Assembly (NCBI GenBank): GCA_029866005.1
Contig: JARXAE010000027.1
Coordinates: 906 to 64,905, forward strand
DNA from: Fimbriimonas sp.
GTDB taxonomy: Bacteria; Armatimonadota; Fimbriimonadia; Fimbriimonadales; Fimbriimonadaceae
Direction: 5' to 3'
DNA length: 64,000 bases
Shown: positions 19,084 through 28,841 of the stretch, piece after piece
Position numbering within the stretch: the stretch's first letter is position 1
Layout of the letters: each line of letters begins with the position of its first letter
Notes under the pieces: generated by a model
Databases searched by the model: none
Told to the model about the DNA's origin: nothing
What the model saw: only the letters and a program-made list of their open reading frames with translations
Translations under genes and position numbers: made by a program

Positions 19084-19740
19084 TTAAGCATTAACGAGCG
19101 AAAGTGCTCGAAGGATCAATAAACCGTCATTTCCACCGAGAAGTTCTTTGGTTGCGCGTTCTGGGTGAGGCATCAAACCCAACACGTTGCCTTTCTCGTT
19201 GACGACTCCGGCGATGTTGTCTACCGAACCATTGGGATTCTCGACATAGCGGAATGCGATCTGATTCTGATCCTGAAGGCGCTTAAGTCCATCGGTATCG
19301 ATTACGTACCTGCCCTCACCATGAGCGATTGGAAGAGAGATGGTTTTGTTAACGCCGCTGGTCCAGATGCTTGTTTGGTTGACGGCTTCGAGTTCAACGT
19401 TTTTGCAAACGAACTTTTGCTTCTCGTTTTTGAGTAGGGCGCCGGGAAGGAGTCCACTCTCGGTAAGGATTTGGAAGCCGTTACAGGCTCCGATGACGGG
19501 ACGACCTTCGTTGGCAAAACGAATGGTTTCCTGCATGATCGCGGATCGAGAGGCCATTGCGCCACATCGGAGGTAGTCACCGTACGAAAAGCCTCCTGGA
19601 ACGAAGACGGCGTCAAAGCCGCTGAGTGACCCATCGTTGTGCCACACGTATTCCGCCTGAACGCCGACATCCTCACGAAGGGCTTTCAATGCGTCTTGGT
19701 CGCAGTTGGAGCCAGGGAATTGGAGGACGGCGACCTTCAC
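19084..19740 (-). CDS. purQ: Phosphoribosylformylglycinamidine synthase subunit PurQ
   Basis: [46 protein letters not shown] start at 19740 overlaps the purS stop. Confidence 0.97.
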   Translation of the reverse strand: MKVAVLQFPGSNCDQDALKALREDVGVQAEYVWHNDGSLSGFDAVFVPGGFSYGDYLRCGAMASRSAIMQETIRFANEGRPVIGACNGFQILTESGLLPGALLKNEKQKFVCKNVELEAVNQTSIWTSGVNKTISLPIAHGEGRYVIDTDGLKRLQDQNQIAFRYVENPNGSVDNIAGVVNEKGNVLGLMPHPERATKELLGGNDGLLILRALSLVNA

Positions 19741-19970
19741 CCGATCACCTCGTAGCTGAAATCCTCGATCACAGGGTTCGCGAGGAGCTTTTGGCACATC
19801 TCCTTGATGCGTGCTTCCTCAACCTTTTCGACCTCGAGGTGGATGAGCTTTCCGATTCGGACGTCGTTCACTTCTTCAAATCCAAGGTGCTGGAGTGAGG
19901 AGGTCACAGTCCGACCGGCTGAGTCGAGCAAAGCGGGCTTAAGAGTGACATAGACGCGAACTCGGGGCAT
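19737..19970 (-). CDS. purS: Phosphoribosylformylglycinamidine synthase subunit PurS
   Basis: [27 protein letters not shown]. Confidence 0.95.
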   Translation of the reverse strand: MPRVRVYVTLKPALLDSAGRTVTSSLQHLGFEEVNDVRIGKLIHLEVEKVEEARIKEMCQKLLANPVIEDFSYEVIG

Positions 19971-19973
19971 GCC

Positions 19974-20849
19974 TTAGTTTACGCTAAACCGTCTGGCGGG
20001 GACTGTTTTGTCAATCCGTTTCAGCATCCCACAAAGAACCTCACCGGGGCCGAATTCGATGAATTCGGTCACTCCATCCGCGATCATGTTTCGAACGCTA
20101 TCGGTCCAGCGCACTTGATCACGGAGCTGTTGTTCCAAGGTTGTTCGCCAATCACTCGGATCCTCTATTGGTCTGGTGGTCACATTGGCGTAAACGGGTT
20201 TGCCTTTTTGGAAAACGGCGTTGGCAAGGGCTTGGGCCATCTGGCGACTTGGCTCGGTCATGAGCGGGCTGTGAAACGCCCCGCTGACGTTGAGAGGGAG
20301 AACTCGTTTCGCACCGGCTTCTTGGAGCAGCGGGATTGCGCTCGCCACGGCTTCGACCGCGCCGGAGATGACAGTCTGCCCGGGGCAGTTGTCGTTGGCT
20401 ACGACGACGATTCCGTCGACCTTGGCGAGGGTTTCGGTGATGGTAGGGATTTCGAGGCCGAGCACGGCTGCCATCGTACCGGGAGTGAGGTCTCCGGCGG
20501 ACGCCATGAGCTCTCCGCGTTTCTGAACGAGTCTCGCTCCATCCTCGAGCGAGAGGGTTCCAGAACAGACAAGCGCGGCGTACTCTCCGATGCTATGTCC
20601 GGCAAATACATCCGCAGCAAACTCGCTTGCGGCATAGGAGGCAACGCCGACGGTGTAGAGAGCGATCTGAGCGTTGTTGGTGGCTCGCAAGGTCTCTTCG
20701 TCGGATTCAAAGCAGAGCTTTGCAACATCGAATCCAAGAGTTGTGGAGACGTTTTCGAAGACTTCGCGGGCAGCGTTCGATGCATCAAAAACGTCCTTGC
20801 CCATGCCTGGGGTTTGAGAGCCTTGGCCAGGAAAAATCGCGGCGATCAT
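19974..20849 (-). CDS. fabD: Malonyl CoA-ACP transacylase
   Basis: FPGQGSQ, AGHSIGEY, ANDNCPGQTVISG, VSGAFHS, EFGPG. Confidence 0.96.
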   Translation of the reverse strand: MIAAIFPGQGSQTPGMGKDVFDASNAAREVFENVSTTLGFDVAKLCFESDEETLRATNNAQIALYTVGVASYAASEFAADVFAGHSIGEYAALVCSGTLSLEDGARLVQKRGELMASAGDLTPGTMAAVLGLEIPTITETLAKVDGIVVVANDNCPGQTVISGAVEAVASAIPLLQEAGAKRVLPLNVSGAFHSPLMTEPSRQMAQALANAVFQKGKPVYANVTTRPIEDPSDWRTTLEQQLRDQVRWTDSVRNMIADGVTEFIEFGPGEVLCGMLKRIDKTVPARRFSVN

Positions 20850-20888
20850 GTTGGCACTCAGTCTACCGTCGGGTAATCTTACTAGTTC

Positions 20889-20912
20889 ATGAAGCTCCTC
20901 CGCACGCGATAA
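20889..20912 (+). promoter_or_regulatory. Candidate leader peptide uORF MKLLRTR*
   Basis: ATG AAG CTC CTC CGC ACG CGA TAA, 9 nt after TAATCT (20874-20879) and 57 nt before the MFS start. Confidence 0.5.
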
Positions 20913-20969
20913 AGGCCCTCGTCATCTGGCGCCCTGTCCGCGCTCCGACTGCCCTAACTCATCCCTCGC

Positions 20970-22289
20970 ATGCAAAGCTCTTCCGCCTTAGGCTCCCCAA
21001 AAGATGTCTTATCGATCCCGGATTTTCGCAATCTCTGGCTAGGTCAGGCCATTTCGCGCATCGGGGATGCGTTCTATTTCATCGGCCCATTGTTTGTCAT
21101 CAAGCGACTCTTTGACGATGACGCGATGGTTGGCTACGTGGGTGCTCTAGAGGCACTGCCGTATCTGTTTCTTGGTCCGGTAGCCGGAGCGGTTGCCGAC
21201 CGGATGGACCGAAAGAAGATCCTGATATGGTCGGACATTCTTAGCTCGATCGTGCTGATAGCATTTCTGATCTACCTGATGGTGATCCCGAGCGACCCGC
21301 CGCGCTGGGCGTTCTATGTTTTTGGCCCACTCTTGGCGACACTTAGAGTGTTCTTTTTCCCCGCCAAGAACGCGGTGATACCACGCTTGGTGCCGCCGGA
21401 GAAACTCATGGGGGCTAACGCCTTCAGTGCAGCAACGGATCAGTTTGCTTGGCTGATCGGGAATATGCTCACCGCGGCGCTTGGCATGGTTGCTGATCGC
21501 TACAGTCCCGGGGCCTTCCTAAAGGTGATGGTGATTGCGAACGGGCTTTCGTTTATCATCTCGGTTTACTTTTTGCTCAAGCTGCCGGAAGTGATTCCGG
21601 AGCGAACGGATGTCGAGGAGTCGAAGATGTTTGACGACATTGTCAAGGGCATCCAGTACGCGAAGAAGGATGAGGTCATCGGACTCTCGCTTCTCGCAAG
21701 CGTGGGGCTGGCGTTGTTCATGTCGCCGTTCTTTGTTGTCTATCTTTCGATCAACAAAGCTTGGTTCGGCAATAAAGCGGCGCCACTGGCGATTATCGAG
21801 AGCTGCTTCATCATCGGGATGTTAGCAATGAGCTTCATCGTTCCGCGCATGAAGTTTCATCGTCCTGGGCTAGCCTACAGCTTTGGAATTGCGGTCGCCG
21901 GCGTCATGGTCATTTTCATGGGCTTCTCGCCGATCTTTGCGCTCTATTCGTTCTGGAATCTACTTTGTGGATTTGCGATTGGCGCGGTTGACGTTCCGAT
22001 GCGGACTTACCAGCAGCTCAAAGTGCCCGACGAGTATCGGGGGCGTGTCATGAGCCTCGGGAACCTGATTTGGATGGGCATCCAGCCGTTTGGTATGGCG
22101 GCGGGAGGCTCGCTCTTGATCATTCTCGGCCCGATTGGAATGCACGTCCTGATGGGTCTCGGGTTTACTCTGACGGGCCTGATGCCGCTTTTCAGCAAGG
22201 CATTTCGAGATGCGACCCTGCCCGACATGACTGGGGAGCAGCTTGAGGCAGTGCTTGAGAAAAGCGAATTGGAAGAGGCGAATCTTTGA
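20970..22289 (+). CDS. MFS transporter, MefA/EntS (DHA3)-like exporter
   Basis: FRNLWLGQAISRIGD, GAVADRMDRKKIL, IPRLVP...LMGANA, QLKVPDEYRGRV; about 12 TM segments. Confidence 0.88.
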   Translation: MQSSSALGSPKDVLSIPDFRNLWLGQAISRIGDAFYFIGPLFVIKRLFDDDAMVGYVGALEALPYLFLGPVAGAVADRMDRKKILIWSDILSSIVLIAFLIYLMVIPSDPPRWAFYVFGPLLATLRVFFFPAKNAVIPRLVPPEKLMGANAFSAATDQFAWLIGNMLTAALGMVADRYSPGAFLKVMVIANGLSFIISVYFLLKLPEVIPERTDVEESKMFDDIVKGIQYAKKDEVIGLSLLASVGLALFMSPFFVVYLSINKAWFGNKAAPLAIIESCFIIGMLAMSFIVPRMKFHRPGLAYSFGIAVAGVMVIFMGFSPIFALYSFWNLLCGFAIGAVDVPMRTYQQLKVPDEYRGRVMSLGNLIWMGIQPFGMAAGGSLLIILGPIGMHVLMGLGFTLTGLMPLFSKAFRDATLPDMTGEQLEAVLEKSELEEANL

Positions 22290-22915
22290 ACCAGGGCCGA
22301 GTTGGAGTTGACGAGAGCGGGAAGGGAGACTTCTTTGGGCCTTTGGTTGTGGCGGCTTGCTACGTTGGACCGGAACACTATGCCGAGCTGGAGGGTGTCA
22401 AAGACAGCAAGAAGCTGACTGATCTCCAGGCGTTAGCGCTAGCCGAGAAGATCAAAAAGGTCTGCCCACACTCCGTCATCCTGATGAATCCCGTTAAGTA
22501 CAACGAGCTGTATCTCAAGATCAAAAACTTGAATCACTTGCTCGCCTGGGGGCACGCCCAAGCGATTGAGAATGTGCTTGAGAAACAGCCGGCCGACCTC
22601 ATCATCAGTGACCAGTTCGCTGCGGGTGGGAACGTGGTGAAGTCCAAGCTCAAAGAGCTTGGACGCCAAGCCCAGTTTGTCTCGCGCGTTCGCGCGGAAT
22701 CAGATCTGGCTGTGGCGGCGGCTTCGATTTTGGCCCGAGCTGAGTTCCTAAAGCGCCTCAAAGGTCTTAGTCAAGAGTTTGGAATCGACCTTCCCAAGGG
22801 AGCGACGAACGTGATCGGCACCGGCAAGCGGTTCGTACAGATGCACGGTGCCGAGAACCTGGGGAAGGTCGCAAAAATGCACTTCAAAACATCTGGCCAG
22901 GTGCTTGAGGGCTAG
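22286..22915 (+). CDS. rnhC: Ribonuclease HIII-type catalytic domain (no N-terminal TBP-like domain)
   Basis: GVDESGKGDFFGPLV, GVKDSKKL, NHLLAWGH, IISDQF, RAESDLAVAAASILAR, LPKGA, KMHFKT. Confidence 0.8.
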   Translation: MNQGRVGVDESGKGDFFGPLVVAACYVGPEHYAELEGVKDSKKLTDLQALALAEKIKKVCPHSVILMNPVKYNELYLKIKNLNHLLAWGHAQAIENVLEKQPADLIISDQFAAGGNVVKSKLKELGRQAQFVSRVRAESDLAVAAASILARAEFLKRLKGLSQEFGIDLPKGATNVIGTGKRFVQMHGAENLGKVAKMHFKTSGQVLEG

Positions 22916-23948
22916 GAATCCTTTGGTATCGGATCAGATAGGAGCCGTTCACTACCGTCTCGTAGAGCACTCCGATTTGTTGCTGTAGAAGCTCGGCCAT
23001 ACATGAGTACTGAAAGGAACCGGGTTCGAGTTGCATTGACGACGGCCAGGTTCGACCCTCGTCCCAGCTAAACCGAACCATTCCATTCTCTCGCTTCGTC
23101 TGGTGAACCGGATTACTGAACGCCAAAACCCCGCTGCCGAGCCGAGTAATTGACCCCTGACACACAGGATCAATCAATCGGGAATCAAAGGCCGCAGGCG
23201 AAAACGTCGCTCCACCGTCGTGGCTGAGCGATATGCACCGCTCCTTGCGCTTTGCCTGATTCCGGGCGTTGAGCAAGATGTCTCCGCTTGTCAGCTCCAC
23301 CACTTGAACCTCATTCGCGTTCATCTCCTCTGGTTGCTCGACTCTCGCGCCGCGCTTCCAGTGCCGCCCGTCATCGTCCGAATAGGCGCAGTAGACCCAC
23401 CAGCGCTTTCCGACGCGGTAGTTGTAGGGCATAACAAGGCGATTTTTGTGCTTGCCGCGCACCAGGCGGATTCCGACACCTGGGCCGCTCGCGATCGTCA
23501 CGGCTTCCGCGGGCTTAACTTCGGCAGTGATGTCCTGCGGGGCGGTCCAGGAAATGCCACCGTCTCTGCTCTCGGTTTGGAATCCTCGCACGACTTTGGG
23601 GCCACTGAAGCCCGCTTCGACATCATATTCGTGGGTGTCCTTGGGATAGTGCTGAAAGTGGAGGACGAGCGTTTGGCGGCGGTTCTCGACAACGCAGGGA
23701 TTATTGAACGAGCCACCAAAGCCTTGGGATGGCGACTGGCAAACAGACATCTTGCCCCAGGTCGCGCCATCGTCATTCGAAATCTTGGTGACAATTGCAT
23801 TGTTGGCCGCGTCTGCTTGGCTCGCCCGGGCTTCGGCAAAGGCGACGAGTGAACCTTTGGTGGTTCGGAAAAGGGCAGGGATGCGGTAGGTGTTAAATCC
23901 GCTTTCGCCAGAGGCGAAGACGGTGACTGCGGCGACGAGACCAAGCAC
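22884..23948 (-). CDS. Exo-alpha-sialidase family protein
   Basis: YRIP motif; Asp-boxes SNDDGATW, SRDGGISW, SDDDGRHW, SHDGGATF, SWDEGRTW. Confidence 0.92.
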   Translation of the reverse strand: MLGLVAAVTVFASGESGFNTYRIPALFRTTKGSLVAFAEARASQADAANNAIVTKISNDDGATWGKMSVCQSPSQGFGGSFNNPCVVENRRQTLVLHFQHYPKDTHEYDVEAGFSGPKVVRGFQTESRDGGISWTAPQDITAEVKPAEAVTIASGPGVGIRLVRGKHKNRLVMPYNYRVGKRWWVYCAYSDDDGRHWKRGARVEQPEEMNANEVQVVELTSGDILLNARNQAKRKERCISLSHDGGATFSPAAFDSRLIDPVCQGSITRLGSGVLAFSNPVHQTKRENGMVRFSWDEGRTWPSSMQLEPGSFQYSCMAELLQQQIGVLYETVVNGSYLIRYQRIPSPQAPGQMF

Positions 23949-23991
23949 CAGTTGGTTCTACCCGGCTGGGCTCAACCAGCTACAATATCCC

Positions 23992-26199
23992 GTGACTCTC
24001 GCGCGGATCATTTACAGCTTTGCCATTTTTATTGGCTCCGCTTTGCTGTTTTTGATTCAACCGATGGCGGCAAAACTGTTGCTACCGACTTTTGGAGGAT
24101 CACCGGCGGTTTGGACGAGTGCGATGCTCTTCTTCCAAGTTGCACTCTTGGGAGGCTATGCGTATGCTCACTACAGCAATCGCTTGCTGAACCCAGCGCG
24201 ACAGAGATTCGTGCATCTCGCGCTCCTGGTTGGCGCGGTTGTCACGTTGCCGTTCGCGGTGAAGGTTCCAGAGAATGCTACGACGGGTTACCCTCCGCTG
24301 CTGGTTTTTCTGATGTTAGCAACCACGGTCGGACTGAGTTACTTTGCGATCTCAGCTGGCTCACCGACGCTTCAGCGGTGGTTTGCGACCACGGCTGACC
24401 CGGCGGCGAAGGATCCTTACTTCTTGTACGCGATCAGCAATGTTGGCTCGATGGTCGGGTTGTTTGCCTACCCATTCTATATCGAGCGGCACTTTAAGCT
24501 CGGAGAGCAGGCGCAACTGTTCCGGCTCGGATTCATCACGATGATGGTCGCAATGCTGGTTGCGGCGATTTTTGTTCGTCCGCAGCCTCAGGAAGAGGTT
24601 GCCCAGGTCGAGAAGCTTGAGCGTAAGCGGTTGCTACGTTGGATTTTGATTGCGGCAGCGCCTTCTTCCCTGCTTCTTGGGGTGACGAACACGATCTCCA
24701 GCAACATCGCCCCGATTCCGCTCATTTGGGTGGTGCCTCTGGCGGCGTACTTGCTTAGCTTTATCTTTGCATTTGCCTCGAAGCGGCTGGTGACGGCGGC
24801 TCAACTGGCGCGCATTTTGCCTCTACTGGTCACTCCGTTGGCGTTTACCATTTGCATTGAGGCAACGGAGCCGTTGATGCCTTTGGCGATACTACACATC
24901 TCGGTCTTCTTTGTTGCGGCGTGGTTCTGTCACGCGCTTTTGTCGGAAGATCGACCAGATGCAGGGAACTTGACCCAGTTCTATCTTTGCCTATCGATCG
25001 GGGGAGCGCTGGGTGGGTTTTTCAACTCAATCATTGCTCCGATCATCTTCCCAACCTTCTTCGAGTATCCGCTCGTGATGTGTCTGATCCTGCTGTTCCG
25101 ACCTCCAACCAAGGTGTTTGAGAAGCAACTCGGCTTGACTGCATTCTTGGTGGTTGCATCATTGCTATGGATGGCTGCGATTCGGTACCTCGGAGCTGAT
25201 CTTCAACCTAATCTGCGTTCAGGAATTGCTCTCGGGGTTCCGCTTGTGGCGGTATTCGCGTTAGTCGAGCGAACCAAGGTTTATGCGTTCGGGATGTTGG
25301 GTCTTTTCTTCGGTTCAATCGCGCTGGGAATCGCGTCGACCGGAAAGGTACTCGCGACTCATCGATCGTTTTTTGGAGTTCATAGGGTGGTAGATGGACA
25401 GGGCTACCGCCAGTTGATGCACGGGAACACGATTCACGGTCGGCAGTCTCTTGATCCCGCAAAGAAGGGATTGCCGCTGACCTACTACTATCCAACAGGG
25501 CCGATCGGGTCGATCTTTAATTCTCCGGACTTCATGCTTGATGTCCACCAGGTTGGTTTAGTCGGTTTGGGAGTCGGGTCGCTTGCGGTGTATGGTCGAG
25601 TTGATCAGGAGTTCACCTACTTCGAGATTGATCCGACGGTTTTGTATTTGGCGCGCGACAGTGGTCTGTTTTCCTTCCTCAAGCAGTCCCGCGCGAGGAT
25701 GAATTACGTGCTTGGCGACGCTAGGCTGACCCTTGCCAGGCAGCCAGACGGGCAGTATGGATTGCTCGTACTCGACGCATTCAGCTCGGATGCAATTCCG
25801 ACCCACCTCTTGACTGCCGAGGCGATTCAAATGTACGCAAGCAAGCTTGCGCCGGGGGGAATCTTGGCAATGCACATTTCCAACCGTTACCTGGAGTTGG
25901 CTCCAGTCGTTGCACTCACCGCCCGTGCGGCTGGTCTTGAAACGTTTAGCAACATGGACGCCGAGAACTCGGAGGAAAAAACAGACGGCAAGACGCAATC
26001 GCACTGGTTACTCCTCACCCGGGACCGGAGCGTATTGCAAAAGCTGGCCAACGGAAATTCGGTGGGACACCCTGAACTCAAACTTGGTCGAATCCGCCCG
26101 GGGATCGACTGGACCGAAATCGATATCCCCGAGACAGTCAAGCCATGGACAGATGACTATGTCGATGTACTGGGTTCCTTCAAAGCGGGCGGAGATTAG
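23992..26199 (+). CDS. Fused multi-TM / spermidine synthase-like SAM-dependent protein
   Basis: LLFLIQPM, FFQVALLGGY, LMHGNTIHG, GLVGLGVGSL, FEIDP, GDAR, LDAFSSDAIPTHLLT. GTG start placed 5 nt after TACAAT. Confidence 0.85.
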   Translation: MTLARIIYSFAIFIGSALLFLIQPMAAKLLLPTFGGSPAVWTSAMLFFQVALLGGYAYAHYSNRLLNPARQRFVHLALLVGAVVTLPFAVKVPENATTGYPPLLVFLMLATTVGLSYFAISAGSPTLQRWFATTADPAAKDPYFLYAISNVGSMVGLFAYPFYIERHFKLGEQAQLFRLGFITMMVAMLVAAIFVRPQPQEEVAQVEKLERKRLLRWILIAAAPSSLLLGVTNTISSNIAPIPLIWVVPLAAYLLSFIFAFASKRLVTAAQLARILPLLVTPLAFTICIEATEPLMPLAILHISVFFVAAWFCHALLSEDRPDAGNLTQFYLCLSIGGALGGFFNSIIAPIIFPTFFEYPLVMCLILLFRPPTKVFEKQLGLTAFLVVASLLWMAAIRYLGADLQPNLRSGIALGVPLVAVFALVERTKVYAFGMLGLFFGSIALGIASTGKVLATHRSFFGVHRVVDGQGYRQLMHGNTIHGRQSLDPAKKGLPLTYYYPTGPIGSIFNSPDFMLDVHQVGLVGLGVGSLAVYGRVDQEFTYFEIDPTVLYLARDSGLFSFLKQSRARMNYVLGDARLTLARQPDGQYGLLVLDAFSSDAIPTHLLTAEAIQMYASKLAPGGILAMHISNRYLELAPVVALTARAAGLETFSNMDAENSEEKTDGKTQSHWLLLTRDRSVLQKLANGNSVGHPELKLGRIRPGIDWTEIDIPETVKPWTDDYVDVLGSFKAGGD

Positions 26200-26220
26200 C
26201 CGCGCTGGTAACCTAATAGG

Positions 26221-28023
26221 GTGACCCTTCTCGAAGCTCTCTCTTCTCGCGTCTTGCTTGGTGATGGGGCAAACGGAACTCTGCTAGCAGAGAGAGGATT
26301 TAAGAAGCAACCCTACGATCTGGCAAACCTTGAAGCTCCGGATTTGGTCTTATCGGTGCACCAGGAGTACATCGCCGCGGGGGCGGATTTTATTGAGACC
26401 AACACGTTCTGCTCCAACGCTTTCAAGCTTGAAGGGCGTGGCGTGAGCATTTTTGAGCTGAACAAGCGCGGGGCGGAGATCGCTCGTGAAGCGGCGGGGG
26501 ATCGATATGTCATGGGGGCAGTCGGGCCATGCGGCAAGCCTCTTGCACCTTTCGGGCATATTGAGCAAGATGTGGCGACCGCCGCATTCACAGAAATTGC
26601 TCACGGACTTGTAGAGGGAGGAGTTGACGGATTCTTCCTAGAATCCTTTGTTGACCTTGGCGAAATCGAGATCGCGGTCGCCGCGATTCGGGCGGTGTCG
26701 GATCTGCCAGTTTTTGTCAGTAAGGCGTTCATTGAGGACGGTGAAATGCTCGCCGAGGGTCTACCTTCGCGATGCGCGCGGGAGATGAGCGCGAGTGGAG
26801 CAGTTGCCGTGGGGGCGAACTGTATCGTTGGCCCGCAGCGGATGCTTGATCTCGTACGGATGATGGCGGAGGAGACCGAGCTTCCGATCATCGCTTTTCC
26901 AACACCGGGCTTGCCCCAGCTTGTGAAGGGTGAGATCACGTATGACACCTCACCTGACTACTTTGCAAAGGCGACAGCGCGCCTGGTCGAAGAGGGCGCT
27001 AGAATCATTGGCGGTTGTTGCGGGACCACTCCGGCACACATTCGGGCGATGCGTGAAGTGCTTGATAAGGGCATCAAGGTGAAGCCGAGGACGGTCGTCA
27101 CGCGAACCGAGAAAGAGAAGGAGGAGCTGATTCAGGCTTCACCGAGTTCGCTCTCGGAAAAGATTGCTGCAGGCAAGTTCGTCGTAGCGATCGAGATGGA
27201 TGTTCCGCGTGGACTGCGGATTCAGAAACTGATCGCTGGAGCCAAGAAATTGAAGGAGGCGGGTTGTGATGTCATTAACATCTCGGACGGCGCTCGGGCG
27301 CGGCTGAGGATGAATCCGACCGCCGTCAGCACATTGATTCAGAACGAGGCGGGGATCGAAGCGACGATGCACTTCAGCTGCCGGGATCGAAATCTGCTTG
27401 CCGTACAGAGCGACCTTCTTGGGGCCCACGCGCTCGGAATTCGCAACATTCTAGCGGTCACCGGAGACCCGGCGAACATTGGTGACTATCCTTCGGCAAC
27501 GAGTGTGTTTGACATCGATGCGATTGGGCTTTGCCGAATCATGTCTCGGTTCAATGAGGGTGTTGATCTGGCGGGATACTCGGTGGGAATGAAGACGGCG
27601 TTCACGATCTGTGCTGCGTACAATCCATGCGCAATTGACCAAGCTCTAGAGGATGACCGGTTGGCACGAAAGGTTGCTGCTGGGGCAACTCTGATCTATA
27701 CTCAGCCTGTCTTCGACATCTCGGATGCACAAAGATCCGTCGAAGCTTGCAAGAAACTTGGGGTGGCGGTGTTGGTAGGAATTCTGCCTTTGAGGTCGGC
27801 GCGGCACGCGGAGTTTATGCACAATGAAGTCCCGGGGATATCGATTCCCGAGGCACTTCGGGCAAAGATTGCGGGAGCAGAATCCGATGAGGTTGCATTG
27901 GAAATTGGCATCGAAGACGCTCGCGAACTCTGCCGAGAAATCAAAGGTGCACAAGGCATCTACCTGATGCCCCCGTTCGGAAACGCCGATATTGCGGCAA
28001 GGGTGATGGAGGCAGTGCGATGA
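26221..28023 (+). CDS. Bifunctional homocysteine S-methyltransferase / methylenetetrahydrofolate reductase (YitJ-like)
   Basis: LGDGANGT, IETNTF, GANC, IIGGCCGTTPAHI; MTHFR part with HFSCRDRN, VTGDP, TQPVFD. Confidence 0.93.
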   Translation: MTLLEALSSRVLLGDGANGTLLAERGFKKQPYDLANLEAPDLVLSVHQEYIAAGADFIETNTFCSNAFKLEGRGVSIFELNKRGAEIAREAAGDRYVMGAVGPCGKPLAPFGHIEQDVATAAFTEIAHGLVEGGVDGFFLESFVDLGEIEIAVAAIRAVSDLPVFVSKAFIEDGEMLAEGLPSRCAREMSASGAVAVGANCIVGPQRMLDLVRMMAEETELPIIAFPTPGLPQLVKGEITYDTSPDYFAKATARLVEEGARIIGGCCGTTPAHIRAMREVLDKGIKVKPRTVVTRTEKEKEELIQASPSSLSEKIAAGKFVVAIEMDVPRGLRIQKLIAGAKKLKEAGCDVINISDGARARLRMNPTAVSTLIQNEAGIEATMHFSCRDRNLLAVQSDLLGAHALGIRNILAVTGDPANIGDYPSATSVFDIDAIGLCRIMSRFNEGVDLAGYSVGMKTAFTICAAYNPCAIDQALEDDRLARKVAAGATLIYTQPVFDISDAQRSVEACKKLGVAVLVGILPLRSARHAEFMHNEVPGISIPEALRAKIAGAESDEVALEIGIEDARELCREIKGAQGIYLMPPFGNADIAARVMEAVR

Positions 28024-28841
28024 ACAACAAGAAGCTGTTAGCGGTTGCTGCGACCGGTTTCTCTGCGTTGGGGAGTGCGGCGCTGATCTACGGCGCACTT
28101 GTCGAGTCCAAGCGGCTTGTCGTTGAGAGATTTGATATCCCTCTCTCCCGCTTGCCAGAGAGGCTTAATGGTTATCGCATCGCGGTGCTTGCAGATTTTC
28201 ATATTGGGCATTCGTGGTCGGTGGAACTCGCGCAACGGGCAATCGATCTCGCGCTCGACGAGGCGCCGGATATGGTGGCGTTGGTCGGAGACTACGTTTC
28301 GTATTGGGATACTTCCTCTCCTGCGAAGCTAGGTGACATTTTGGAGCCCTTGTTGCTGATGAACGGCAACGTCGTTGCGGTGCCCGGGAACCATGACTAT
28401 CGCAAGGGCTCGCCGGAGATTCTGCGAATCATTTTTGACGAACTGAACATCAAGCTCTTGCGGAATGAGAATTGGACTCACGACGGCATCTGCTGGGTGG
28501 GCGTAGACTCGCATAACGCCGGGCATTCAAATGTGGCAAAGGCGTTTTTGAATGCTTCTGACGAACCAACAATTGCGCTGTGGCACGAGCCTGATCTTGT
28601 AGACCAGATTCCTTCCGATGCCGCTTTGTTACAGATTAGTGGGCACTCGCATGGTGGTCAGTTCCGGTTCCCATTCAATCTGACTCCGATGACGTCACGA
28701 AATGGGGATCGCTATCGGGATGGGTATTATCCCGAAGCTTCGACCCCGGTGTTTGTGACACGGGGGGTTGGGACAACGGGTCCACCCTCGCGGTTCTTGT
28801 GCCCGCCGCAGGTCGCGATTCTGACTCTTAAAACTGCCTAA
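28020..28841 (+). CDS. Calcineurin-like metallophosphoesterase (YkuE-like)
   Basis: ADFH, GDY, GNHD, HEPD, GHSHGGQ. Confidence 0.92.
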   Translation: MNNKKLLAVAATGFSALGSAALIYGALVESKRLVVERFDIPLSRLPERLNGYRIAVLADFHIGHSWSVELAQRAIDLALDEAPDMVALVGDYVSYWDTSSPAKLGDILEPLLLMNGNVVAVPGNHDYRKGSPEILRIIFDELNIKLLRNENWTHDGICWVGVDSHNAGHSNVAKAFLNASDEPTIALWHEPDLVDQIPSDAALLQISGHSHGGQFRFPFNLTPMTSRNGDRYRDGYYPEASTPVFVTRGVGTTGPPSRFLCPPQVAILTLKTA

